A stretch of DNA of 64,000 bases from an uncultured Anaerolineaceae bacterium (GTDB lineage: Bacteria; Chloroflexota; Limnocylindria; Limnocylindrales; CSP1-4): positions 23,843-87,842 of the forward strand of contig CAZSWK010000001.1 of the NCBI GenBank assembly GCA_964610835.1, written 5' to 3'. This document shows positions 7,829 through 16,825 of this stretch, piece by piece (the stretch's first letter is position 1; the number at the start of each line of letters is the position of its first letter). The notes below the pieces were generated by a model. It saw only the letters and a program-made list of their open reading frames with translations, searched no databases and was not told where the DNA came from. Made by a program: the position numbers and the translations under genes.

Positions 7829-7856
7829 AAGCGGCGCACCACAGGGTGCGCCGCTT
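7829..7856 (+). terminator. rho-independent-type terminator hairpin
   Basis: 'aagcggcgcac' (7829-7839) pairs with 'gtgcgccgctt' (7846-7856) in an 11-bp perfect stem with a 6-nt loop, followed by 'tc'. It lies 42 nt after the stop of the secreted-protein gene. Confidence 0.6.
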
Positions 7857-7927
7857 TCACATGCCGTCGTCGGGCAACTCTCATCGAGCTGTAATGAAGC
7901 CGGCCGATGATCGCCGGCGAGAACGAG

Positions 7928-8602
7928 ATGCGTCTGCTGCTTATCGAAGATGACACGCGCCTGGCTGGCCTGTTGCGACGCGGCCTGCGTGCGGAGGGCT
8001 ACGCCGTCGACGTGGCCGCAACTGCCGAGGATGGTCGCTGGATGGCCGGCGAGAATCCCTATGACCTGCTGCTTCTGGACGTAATGCTCCCGGACGGGGA
8101 CGGTTTCGAGTTGTGCCAGCAACTGCGCCTCGCGGGCAACTGGACGCCGGTGTTGCTGCTGACGGCGCGCAGCTCGGTCGTCGACCGGGTCAAGGGCCTC
8201 GACTCGGGGGCCGACGACTACCTGGTCAAGCCATATTCGTTCGACGAACTGGCGGCGCGCGTGCGATCTCTGCTCCGGCGCGGCAAGCATGAGCGTCCGC
8301 CGGTGCTGAGCGTTGGCACCCTTTCGCTCGATCCCGCGACGCACGAGGTCATCGCGCCGGCAGGGCCGGTACAGCTCTCGCCCAAGGAATTCGCGTTGCT
8401 GGAGATGTTCATGCGCCGCAGCGGCGAGGTGCTACAGCGCAACGAGATCCTGGAGCACGTCTGGGATTGGGCCTATGACGGCACGTCCAACGTCATCGAC
8501 GTGTACGTGCGCTACCTGCGCCAGAAGCTGGGCGATGGGCCTGGGATGCCACGCATCGAGACGGTGCGTGGCATCGGCTACGCGCTGCGCGACGCCGCGT
8601 GA
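7928..8602 (+). CDS. OmpR-family response regulator
   Basis: The receiver domain reads 'MRLLLIEDDTRLAGLL...DLLLLDVMLPDGDGFELCQQLR...PVLLLTAR'. The winged-helix output domain reads 'LSPKEFALLEMFMRRSGEVLQRNEILEHVWD...VIDVYVRYLRQKL...IETVRGIGYAL'. The ATG at 7928 is preferred over the ORF start at 7907. Confidence 0.9.
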   Translation: MRLLLIEDDTRLAGLLRRGLRAEGYAVDVAATAEDGRWMAGENPYDLLLLDVMLPDGDGFELCQQLRLAGNWTPVLLLTARSSVVDRVKGLDSGADDYLVKPYSFDELAARVRSLLRRGKHERPPVLSVGTLSLDPATHEVIAPAGPVQLSPKEFALLEMFMRRSGEVLQRNEILEHVWDWAYDGTSNVIDVYVRYLRQKLGDGPGMPRIETVRGIGYALRDAA

Positions 8603-9915
8603 GCATTCGCCTGCGCCTGACCATCTGGTACGGCGCGGTGCTGGCGATCGTACTGATCGTCGCGGGCGCGCTCGTCTGGATCGAGGTCGGCCGCGACCTG
8701 CGCGCTTCATTGGAGGACGCGCTTCAGGTCCAGGCAACCGACGTGCGCGCCGGCTTCAACGTCGACACCAACGTGTCATTGGTGGCCCGTGATCCGGCCC
8801 GTCCGGGCGTGTTTACCGAGGTCCTATCGCCGGCCGGCGCCATCCTGCGCTCCACGAGCAACGCGCCACGACTGCCATCGGGCCTGGCCGATGGCCGGTC
8901 CGAACTGGCGATAGATGGGCGCAGCTACGCCGTCTATGCGGTTACAGCCAATAATGGTTCACAGATTGTCGCGGGCGCCTCGCTGGCGGAGGTCGACCGT
9001 GCGATCGACGCTCTGACGAACACGATGCTGCTCGCCGCCGGCGCGGCTGTCCTGGCTGCCCTGGCCACCGGCTGGTGGCTGGCCGGTCGGGCTCTCTCGC
9101 CCACCGCAACGATCGGTACAGAGCTCGCGTCGATCGGCGTCGAGGACCTGGGAAGTCGCGTCAGTCAGCCGGACAGGGAAGATGAAATAGGGCGACTGGC
9201 GACGGCGGTCAACGCGATGCTGGCACGTATCGATGATGGGGTGCGCCGTCACGAGGCCTTCGTCGCAGCGGCATCGCACGACCTGCGCACGCCGATCACG
9301 GCGCTGCGCACCGAGCTCGAGCTGGCCGCGCGCGGCGAGCCGACCCGTGCCGAACTTCTGACGGCGATACAGGCGGCTCATGGTGACGCTGTGCGACTGG
9401 GCAACCTGGCCAACGACCTGCTGGCGCTGGCCGAGGCGGAACCGGGGGGGCGGCAGCTGGTGCGTCAGCCGGTCGATGCGCGCACGCTGCTCGAAGGATG
9501 CGTCAGCGATCAGGCGCCGTTGGCGCGCGCGCGGAGCATCCATGTCGTCGTCGACGCTCCGGACATCCTGGTCAACGTCGACCGTTCGCGGATAGCGCAG
9601 GCGGTGCGCAACCTGATCGCCAACGCACTGCGGTTCTCGCCCGAGGGTTCGAGGGTCGAGCTGGCGGCACACGCGATCGAAGATCCCCGAGGGTCCCGTC
9701 GCGTGCTTCAGGTGAGCGTCCTCGATCGCGGCCCGGGCGTTCCGCCAGCCCTGCGCCAGCGGCTGTTTCTGCCGTTTGCGGCACGCGGCGAGGCCGAACA
9801 TTCGGGATTGGGCCTGGCAACGGCCGCGGCGGCCGTGCATGCGCATGGGGGTGCGATCAGCTATCGCGACCGGCCCGGAGGTGGAGCGCAGTTCGTATTT
9901 ACCGTGCCGGCATAG
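8599..9915 (+). CDS. sensor histidine kinase (two TM segments, HAMP, HisKA, HATPase)
   Basis: The start overlaps the regulator's stop by 4 bp. An N-terminal TM segment is present. The H-box is 'FVAAASHDLRTPITAL' and the ATPase part includes 'NLIANALRFSP' and 'DRGPGVPP...GLGLA'. Confidence 0.9.
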   Translation: MSIRLRLTIWYGAVLAIVLIVAGALVWIEVGRDLRASLEDALQVQATDVRAGFNVDTNVSLVARDPARPGVFTEVLSPAGAILRSTSNAPRLPSGLADGRSELAIDGRSYAVYAVTANNGSQIVAGASLAEVDRAIDALTNTMLLAAGAAVLAALATGWWLAGRALSPTATIGTELASIGVEDLGSRVSQPDREDEIGRLATAVNAMLARIDDGVRRHEAFVAAASHDLRTPITALRTELELAARGEPTRAELLTAIQAAHGDAVRLGNLANDLLALAEAEPGGRQLVRQPVDARTLLEGCVSDQAPLARARSIHVVVDAPDILVNVDRSRIAQAVRNLIANALRFSPEGSRVELAAHAIEDPRGSRRVLQVSVLDRGPGVPPALRQRLFLPFAARGEAEHSGLGLATAAAAVHAHGGAISYRDRPGGGAQFVFTVPA

Positions 9916-10046
9916 GGCAGCGACCGCTGGCGCCTGCCTGCGGTGCGTCTGCCCACCGTGCGCGGGCGTTATCATCGGTGGGCGTGCCCAGACGAATACC
10001 TGCAACGAGATTTTGCCATGCGCAGTAATGGTCACGTGGGGCACAT

Positions 10047-10799
10047 GTGGAGCCGTCGAACAGCGTGACGCCGGAGGAACGCCGGCGGGCGCTCGACGCG
10101 ATCGCCGCCGAGGTTGCGGTGTGCACGCGTTGCCCGCTGCACGCTGGACGGACGCGGGCGGTGCCGGGGGAGGGGCATGCCGAGACACAGGTCGTCTTTG
10201 TCGGCGAGGGGCCTGGCTATCACGAGGATCAGCAGGCGCGGCCCTTCGTGGGGGCGGCCGGCAATCTACTCAACGAGCTGCTCGGCGCCATCGGCTGGCG
10301 CCGCGAGGAGGTTTTCATCACCAACGTCGTGAAGTGCCGGCCGCCGGGCAACCGGGACCCGCAACCGGCTGAAATAGCCGCCTGTACGCCCTATCTCCGG
10401 CGACAGCTGGAGGTGCTCGATCCGGCGCTGGTGGTGACGCTGGGGCGCCACTCGCTGCAGACGTTCATGCCCGGCGCGCGCATCGGTGGCGCGCACGGCA
10501 CGGAGCGCGCCGTCGACCCCGAGACGGGTGCGGCCAACGCCTCCGCCTATGCGATGTATCACCCCGCGGCGGCACTGCGCCAGGGCGCGTTGAAGGAGAC
10601 GATGTACGAGGACATGGCCGGCCTGCCCGACGCACTCGTGGGCGATCGACGCGCCGACGCCGATGACGGGCAGACAGCGGAAGAGAGGCGAGCCGACGAC
10701 GAGAACGAACGGCCGGAACTGGGCGAACCAGAGGAGGCGATCGAGGACCTTGAGGTGCTGGCGACCGTTAATCCCGAACCACAGCTGGGGTTGTTCTAG
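10047..10799 (+). CDS. uracil-DNA glycosylase, family 4, with an acidic C-terminal tail
   Basis: 'CTRCPLH', 'VFVGEGPGYHEDQQARPFVGAAGNLL', 'ITNVVKCRPPGNRDP' and 'YHPAAALR' are family-4 UDG motifs, including Fe-S cysteines. A ~50-aa Asp/Glu-rich tail ends in 'QLGLF'. Confidence 0.85.
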   Translation: MEPSNSVTPEERRRALDAIAAEVAVCTRCPLHAGRTRAVPGEGHAETQVVFVGEGPGYHEDQQARPFVGAAGNLLNELLGAIGWRREEVFITNVVKCRPPGNRDPQPAEIAACTPYLRRQLEVLDPALVVTLGRHSLQTFMPGARIGGAHGTERAVDPETGAANASAYAMYHPAAALRQGALKETMYEDMAGLPDALVGDRRADADDGQTAEERRADDENERPELGEPEEAIEDLEVLATVNPEPQLGLF

Positions 10800-12461
10800 G
10801 TGAACGCGGACGACGCCGGCCTGCGCATCCTGCCGCTCGGCGGCGTCGGCGAGATCGGCAAGAACATGACCGTGTTCGAGTCCGGCGACGAGATCGTCGT
10901 AATCGATTGCGGGCTGATGTTTCCTGACGAAGAGATGTTCGGCGTCGATTTCGTCGTGCCCGACGTGACCTACCTGCGCGAGCGTCAACACATGCTCAAG
11001 GCGTTCCTGATCACGCACGCCCACGAGGATCACATCGGCGGCCTGCCGTACATCCTGCCGTACTTTCCGGGGGTGCCGATCTACGCCTCCACGCTGGCCC
11101 AGGGCCTGCTCGGCATCAAGCTCAAGGAACACAAGCTCCACAGCAGCCCGATGCTTCCCTTCGGACCGGGACAAACGGTTGACCTGGGCACCTTCCGCGC
11201 CACTCCCTTCCGCGTAGGTCACTCGATACCCGACGCGATGGGCATCGCCCTGGAGACGCCGCTGGGCACGGTCATCCACAGCGGCGACTTCAAGTTCGAC
11301 TACACACCCGTGGACGGCAAGATGCCGGACCTCCACGCACTCGCCGAATGGGGCCAGAAGGGCGTGCTGTGCCTGATGTCCGACTCGACGCGGGCCGAGA
11401 ACCCCGGCTACACGCCATCGGAACGGACGGTCGGCACTGCCTTTCACGACATCATGGGCGATGTCAGCGGGCGCGTGATCGTGGCCACCTTCGCCAGCAA
11501 CATCGCGCGCATCCAACAGGTTTTCGACGCGGCGGCCGACCTGGGCCGGCGGGTGGCAGTCATCGGCCGCTCGATGGAGCAGAACGTGCGCATCGCGACC
11601 GAGCTCGGCTACCTGCGCTACGAACCCGAACGGCTGTTGACCAAGGATCGGTTGAAGGACCTGCCCGACAGCGAGGTGGTCATCGCCACAACCGGTGCCC
11701 AGGGTGAGCCCATGGCCGGCCTCGCGCGCATGGCCAACCGGGACCACCGCTGGGTGGAGATCAAACCGGGCGACACGGTCATCGTCAGCGCCAGTCCCAT
11801 CCCCGGCAACGAAGAGGTCGTGGGGCGCACGATCGACAACCTGTTCAAGGTGGGGGCCAACGTTTTCTACCACGACATCCGGCGGGCGCACGTCTCGGGC
11901 CATGCCAGCCAGGAAGAGCTGAAGCTGATGCTCAACCTGACCCGCCCGCGGCACTTCATCCCGGTGCACGGCGAGTTCCGCATGCAGGTCCAGCACGGAC
12001 GGCTGGCGCAGGAACTGGGTGTGCCGGCGGAGAACATCTACATCATCGAGAACGGACAGCCGATCGACTTCACGCCGCAGGGCGCGCGCCGGGCCGCGCC
12101 CGTCGATGCCGGCTACGTGTACGTCGACGGATTGTCGGTCGGCGAGGTGGGCGATGTCGTCTTGCGCGACCGCCGCGCGCTGGCCAACGACGGCATGTTC
12201 CTGGTCGTTATCACGGTCGACAAGCAGAGCGGCACGCTGATCGGCGAGCCGGAGATCGTCACGCGCGGCTTCGTCGCCGCGCCCGACGATCCGGTGATCG
12301 CCGCTGCGGCGCGCCAGGTGCGCAAGGCGATCGAGACGCCGGGCGACCACATCAGCGAGGTCGGCCTGCTCAAGGCGCAGATCAAGGACAGCCTCAGCCA
12401 ATACCTGTTCGAGCAGACCAAGCGGCGGCCCATGGTCTTTCCGGTCGTGGTCGAGGTCTAG
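10800..12461 (+). CDS. rnj: ribonuclease J
   Basis: The metallo-beta-lactamase/beta-CASP features are 'ITHAHEDHIGGLPYIL', 'HSGDFKFD' and 'HVSGHASQEEL...IPVHGE'. The 553-aa length is typical of RNase J. The GTG start directly abuts the UDG stop. Confidence 0.9.
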   Translation: MNADDAGLRILPLGGVGEIGKNMTVFESGDEIVVIDCGLMFPDEEMFGVDFVVPDVTYLRERQHMLKAFLITHAHEDHIGGLPYILPYFPGVPIYASTLAQGLLGIKLKEHKLHSSPMLPFGPGQTVDLGTFRATPFRVGHSIPDAMGIALETPLGTVIHSGDFKFDYTPVDGKMPDLHALAEWGQKGVLCLMSDSTRAENPGYTPSERTVGTAFHDIMGDVSGRVIVATFASNIARIQQVFDAAADLGRRVAVIGRSMEQNVRIATELGYLRYEPERLLTKDRLKDLPDSEVVIATTGAQGEPMAGLARMANRDHRWVEIKPGDTVIVSASPIPGNEEVVGRTIDNLFKVGANVFYHDIRRAHVSGHASQEELKLMLNLTRPRHFIPVHGEFRMQVQHGRLAQELGVPAENIYIIENGQPIDFTPQGARRAAPVDAGYVYVDGLSVGEVGDVVLRDRRALANDGMFLVVITVDKQSGTLIGEPEIVTRGFVAAPDDPVIAAAARQVRKAIETPGDHISEVGLLKAQIKDSLSQYLFEQTKRRPMVFPVVVEV

Positions 12462-12464
12462 CCG

Positions 12465-14780
12465 GTGGCTCGCGCCGGTCGCGCCACCGGCTCCAGCCGT
12501 TCCCGCTCGCGCCAGGCGCGCTCGACAAGATCGTCGCGCCAGTGGCTGGCCGCGTTCAGGGTGCCGCCACACATCGCGCGCTCGCTCATCGGGCTGACAC
12601 TGATCGTGTTCGGCGCGATCACCTTCATTGCGCTGATCTTCCCCCAGGCGGGCCTGCTCAACCGCTACATCGACGACATCCTGCGGCCGTCGGTCGGCGA
12701 GGGTGCCTGGCTGCTGGCGCTCCTGCTGATCGTCGCCGGCGTGCTGGTGGAGCGCCCATCGCCGATGGCCAACGGGTCGATGCTGGCGATGGTCGGTGGC
12801 GTGCTGATGTTCGTCGCCGGCCTGGGTCTTATCCATTTCGTCTGGGGCACCGGTGACAGTGCGCGTGCGCTGAGCGCCGGCGGCGGCGCGGTCGGTAACG
12901 CACTGTCGGTCGGCTTGACCGGCCTGCTGTCGCCGCCGGGGGCCTTCGTGGCCCTGCTCGGCCTGGTGATTGCCGGCGCCATCCTGTTCTTCAACGTGAG
13001 CCTGCGCACCCTGCTGACGCCGGTCGGCGCCGGAGGTCGCGTGGTGGCCGGTGCGATGGCACGCCCGGTTCGCCAGATGGCCGACGAGGCGGTCCGGCGC
13101 CAGGCGGCGGTTGCGGCCAACCCGTCTCGGCGGCAGACACGCCGGGTCGCGCAGCCCGCGTCGTCTGAGGCGCCTTTGGCGGCCACCCGCCCGAGCGCGG
13201 CGCCACCCGATCAGACGGTGCTGCCGCTCAGCCAGACGATCTGGACCGGGCCGGCCGGGGCGCCGGCGCGCACGCGCGAACAGCCCGAGCCGGCGGAGAC
13301 CGCGTCACGTCCCGCCCGTGCCTGGCGGTTGCCCGGGTATGAGCTGCTCGACACGGGGGAGTCGGGCGGGGCAGGCCAGCACCTGGATCACGCGCGCAAC
13401 GTACGCATCATCGAGGACAAGCTGTCGAGCTTCGCCATTCCCGCCGAGGTGATCGCCACCAACACCGGCCCGGTGGTAACCCAGTACGAGGTTCGCCCCG
13501 ACGCGCACGTCAAGCTGTCGCGCATCGAGGGCCTGGCCGACGACCTGGCCATGGCGCTCGCCGCCCGCTCGATACGCATCGAGGCGCCGATCCCCGGGCG
13601 CGACGTCGTCGGCGTCGAGATTCCCAATCACGCCAGCGAGATAGTCGGCTTCCGGCGGCTGCTCGAGGATTCGGCCATGGCGGAGGCGGGGAGCCGGCTG
13701 ACCTTCGCGCTCGGGCGCGACGTGTCGGGCAAGGCGTATGCGGTCGACCTGGCGCGCATGCCCCACCTGCTCGTGGCCGGCGCCACCGGCTCGGGCAAGA
13801 GCGTGTGCGTGAACGCGCTGATCACCAGCCTGCTGATGCGCGCCAATCCCGATGAGCTGCGGCTCATCCTGATCGACCTCAAGCGGGTCGAGCTGGCCGC
13901 CTATCGCGACCTGCCCCAGCTCGAGGTGCCGGTCATCGTCGAGTCTCATGAGGCGCGCGCGGTGCTGAGCAACCTGGTGCATGTGATGGAGGAGCGCTAC
14001 GAGCTGCTGGCCGGTGCCATGGAGCGCAACATCACCGCCTACAACGCCAGCTCGCGGCGCGGTGAGGCGCCGCCCATGCCGTACATCGTGGTGGTGATCG
14101 ACGAGCTGGCCGACCTCATGCTGCGCGAGGGACGCAAGGTGGAGGATCCGGTCGTCAAGCTGGCCCAGAAGGCACGCGCGGTGGGCATCCACCTGGTCCT
14201 CGCCACGCAGCGACCGAGCGTCAACGTCGTGACCGGCCTGATCAAGGCCAACGTCCCTTCGCGCATCGCCTTTGCGATGGCGTCGAACGTCGACTCACGG
14301 ACGGTCCTCGACGCGAACGGCGCGGAGGATCTCATCGGCCGCGGCGACATGCTCTACCAGCCGGCCGACTTGCCGCGGCCAGTGCGCCTGCAGGGCGTCT
14401 TCGTAAGCGACAGCGAGGTGCACGCGGTTACCGCCTTCTGGCGCGAACAGGATGAGCCGCACTACAACCGCGACCTGCTTACCGGCACCGAAGGCGATGG
14501 CGGTGGCGAGGGCGGCCAATACGGCTGGCTGGCCCACGAGGCCGACGATGAGCTGGCACCGCGCGCGGCGGAGATCGTCATGCAGACACAGCGAGCCAGC
14601 ACGTCGATGCTGCAGACCAAGCTCAAGGTGGGTTTCAACCGCGCCACGCGGCTGATGGACGCACTCGAAAGGCATGGCATCATCGGGCCGCTCGACCCAC
14701 GCAACCCGGGCGCGCCGCGCCAGATTTACGGCCCCGAGAACTGGATTCGCGGTCCGGCCGACGCGGATACGCTCGAATAG
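12465..14780 (+). CDS. ftsK: DNA translocase FtsK/SpoIIIE
   Basis: It has N-terminal TM segments and a Pro/Ala-rich linker. The motor domain has Walker A 'VAGATGSGKSVCVNALI' and 'VVVIDELADLM'. The C-terminal gamma winged-helix reads 'STSMLQTKLKVGFNRATRLMDALERHGIIG'. Confidence 0.92.
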   Translation: MARAGRATGSSRSRSRQARSTRSSRQWLAAFRVPPHIARSLIGLTLIVFGAITFIALIFPQAGLLNRYIDDILRPSVGEGAWLLALLLIVAGVLVERPSPMANGSMLAMVGGVLMFVAGLGLIHFVWGTGDSARALSAGGGAVGNALSVGLTGLLSPPGAFVALLGLVIAGAILFFNVSLRTLLTPVGAGGRVVAGAMARPVRQMADEAVRRQAAVAANPSRRQTRRVAQPASSEAPLAATRPSAAPPDQTVLPLSQTIWTGPAGAPARTREQPEPAETASRPARAWRLPGYELLDTGESGGAGQHLDHARNVRIIEDKLSSFAIPAEVIATNTGPVVTQYEVRPDAHVKLSRIEGLADDLAMALAARSIRIEAPIPGRDVVGVEIPNHASEIVGFRRLLEDSAMAEAGSRLTFALGRDVSGKAYAVDLARMPHLLVAGATGSGKSVCVNALITSLLMRANPDELRLILIDLKRVELAAYRDLPQLEVPVIVESHEARAVLSNLVHVMEERYELLAGAMERNITAYNASSRRGEAPPMPYIVVVIDELADLMLREGRKVEDPVVKLAQKARAVGIHLVLATQRPSVNVVTGLIKANVPSRIAFAMASNVDSRTVLDANGAEDLIGRGDMLYQPADLPRPVRLQGVFVSDSEVHAVTAFWREQDEPHYNRDLLTGTEGDGGGEGGQYGWLAHEADDELAPRAAEIVMQTQRASTSMLQTKLKVGFNRATRLMDALERHGIIGPLDPRNPGAPRQIYGPENWIRGPADADTLE

Positions 14781-14882
14781 CTACTGGCGGGCCTGCTGCC
14801 GCCAAGGGGGGATAGCGCGTAGACTGGCCGCCCGGCCCATGCAATTTTCCGACCTTTCAGCCACGAGGAAGAACGCTCGGCG

Positions 14883-16322
14883 ATGACCGCCAGGCACCAG
14901 CTCCGTATCGGCAGTCGCCGCGTCGGTCGTGACCGCGCGGCGATTGATGCGACGGCTGCGCCGCGTGTCGGCGAAACGCTGCAGCTTGCCCGCGAACGCA
15001 AGGGCGTCGATCTGTTCCGCGCCGAACGTGATACCAAGATCCGCCTGCGCTACCTGTCCGCGCTCGAGGACAGCGACTACGACGAGCTGCCAGCCGCCGT
15101 CTACACCAAGGGCTTCCTGCGCAACTACGCGATCTACCTGGGCCTCGATCCCGACGAGCTGCTCGAGCACTGGCGCGAGGAGATGGACGCGCTGCGTGCC
15201 GCCGAGCACGTCGCCGTCGCGCCACCACCGCAGCCGCTTATCGAGCCCGGCGGCCGGCGGCTCACCCTCACTCCGGCGATGCTGGTGGCGGGTTTGGTCG
15301 TCGTCGTCATCGTCGCCTTCGTCGGCTATATCGGCTTCCAGCTGCTGCGCTACGCGGCGACCACGCCGATCACCCTGACGAACCCTGCCAACGTCGTCAG
15401 CGAGGTGAACTCGCAGTCGATCGTGCTCGCCGGTACATCCTCCTCCGGAGCCGCCATCGTGATCACCGGGCCGGGCGGCAAGACGTACAACACGACGGCC
15501 GACGAACATGGTGCCTGGTCGAGCCAGGTGGACCTGGGCCTGGGCCGCAACGACTTCAGCATCGTGTCCATCGACCCGGTCACCCAGCGCAAATCCGACC
15601 CACCGCTGGCGTTGACCATCAATGTTCCGCTGCCTCAGGCGGCCTCGTCTCCCTCGCCCGGGGCCTCGGCCACGAGCGCGCCGCCGCCGGTGCTCAGCCT
15701 GGCCCTGGCGGCGCCGACCGAAGGCGAGACCAACACCGACGGGCATGTCGCGGTAAGTGGCACCACGAACGGTGAGCGGGTGACCATCACCAGCACCTAC
15801 CTGGGCACGTACAACTCGACGCCCCCGCCCAGCGAGGCGCCCACTGCCCAGCCATCCGCGGGAGGGTCGCCGCCACCCATTGGACCGGCGCGCGACATTG
15901 CCGTGACAGCGGACGGCAACTTTGCCGAAGTGCTCGACTTCACGCCCGGTCGCTGGCAGCTGACCATCACCGCATACCGCAGCGGTCTCGATCCGGTCAT
16001 CCAGTTGCGCGACATCACCGTCGCGCCGGCGCTGGCCTCGTCGCTCAACCTCGTGCTCCAGGTCGAGGTTCACAACTCGTGGGTGCGCATCGTGGCCGAC
16101 GGCAAGAACGTGCATGGCTACAACGGCAAGACCCTCCATCCCGGCGACACGGCCAACATCACGGCAAGCAACCAGATCTGCATCCGCAGCGGCAACGCCG
16201 GCGCGCTGCACGTGTTCGTGAACGACATGGACCTGGGCTCGCTCGGCAATAACGGCCAGACCGGCAACTGGTTGATCACTCTCGCGCAGCCGCAACCGGA
16301 GCCCATCACGAGTTCCTGTTGA
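14883..16322 (+). CDS. RodZ-like helix-turn-helix membrane protein (HTH, TM segment, Pro/Ser linker, DUF4115-like C-terminus)
   Basis: The HTH reads 'GETLQLARERKGVDLFRAERDTKIRLRYLSALEDSDYDELPAAVYTKGFLRNYAIYLGLD'. There is a single TM segment 'MLVAGLVVVVIVAFVGYIGF'. The C-terminus 'WVRIVADGKNV...ICIRSGNAGALHVFVNDMDLG' is DUF4115-like. Confidence 0.75.
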   Translation: MTARHQLRIGSRRVGRDRAAIDATAAPRVGETLQLARERKGVDLFRAERDTKIRLRYLSALEDSDYDELPAAVYTKGFLRNYAIYLGLDPDELLEHWREEMDALRAAEHVAVAPPPQPLIEPGGRRLTLTPAMLVAGLVVVVIVAFVGYIGFQLLRYAATTPITLTNPANVVSEVNSQSIVLAGTSSSGAAIVITGPGGKTYNTTADEHGAWSSQVDLGLGRNDFSIVSIDPVTQRKSDPPLALTINVPLPQAASSPSPGASATSAPPPVLSLALAAPTEGETNTDGHVAVSGTTNGERVTITSTYLGTYNSTPPPSEAPTAQPSAGGSPPPIGPARDIAVTADGNFAEVLDFTPGRWQLTITAYRSGLDPVIQLRDITVAPALASSLNLVLQVEVHNSWVRIVADGKNVHGYNGKTLHPGDTANITASNQICIRSGNAGALHVFVNDMDLGSLGNNGQTGNWLITLAQPQPEPITSSC

Positions 16323-16825
16323 ACGCCCGGCCCGAGCTGGTTGAGATGGCGGCCAGGCTCCGCGCACGGTGCCTCGATCTCGGCTGGACACTGGCTACGG
16401 CCGAGTCGTGCACGGGTGGCCTGATCGGTCACCTGCTGACCGAGGTCCCGGGGGCAAGCGACTATTACCTGGGTGGCGTCATCAGTTACAGCGACGGGGT
16501 AAAGGAGCGGCAGCTGGATGTCGATGCGCGCACGCTGGCCGCGCACGGCGCCGTTTCGGCAGAGACGGCGCTGGCCATGGCGCAGGGCGTGCGCGCCCGC
16601 TTCGGCACAACGATCGGCGTGTCGGTGACCGGCATAGCCGGGCCGGCCGGCGGCTCGCAGACAAAGCCCGTCGGCCTGACTTACGTCTGTGTCGCCGATG
16701 AGCACGGCGACGCCGTGCGCCGGCACGTGTGGCACGCCGATCGCAGCGGCAACAAGCTGCTCAGCGCGCGTGCCGCACTCGAGTTGCTGTTCGAGCGCCT
16801 CGACGCGCAAGATGCCGGGGGCTGA
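16319..16825 (+). CDS. CinA C-terminal domain protein / nicotinamide-nucleotide amidohydrolase (PncC-like)
   Basis: 'TLATAESCTGGLIGHLLTEVPGASDYYLGGVISYSDGVKERQLDV...SVTGIAGPAGG...KPVGLTYV' is the CinA_C signature. The start overlaps the upstream stop by 4 bp. Confidence 0.85.
   Translation: MNARPELVEMAARLRARCLDLGWTLATAESCTGGLIGHLLTEVPGASDYYLGGVISYSDGVKERQLDVDARTLAAHGAVSAETALAMAQGVRARFGTTIGVSVTGIAGPAGGSQTKPVGLTYVCVADEHGDAVRRHVWHADRSGNKLLSARAALELLFERLDAQDAGG

Noticed and set aside
10266-12836. An 856-aa minus-strand ORF covering the UDG 3' end, all of rnj and the ftsK 5' end.
   Set aside because: It is antisense to strongly supported genes. Its composition is dominated by R/A/G/D/H/Q repeats and it has no domain signatures. 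It is a high-GC artefact.
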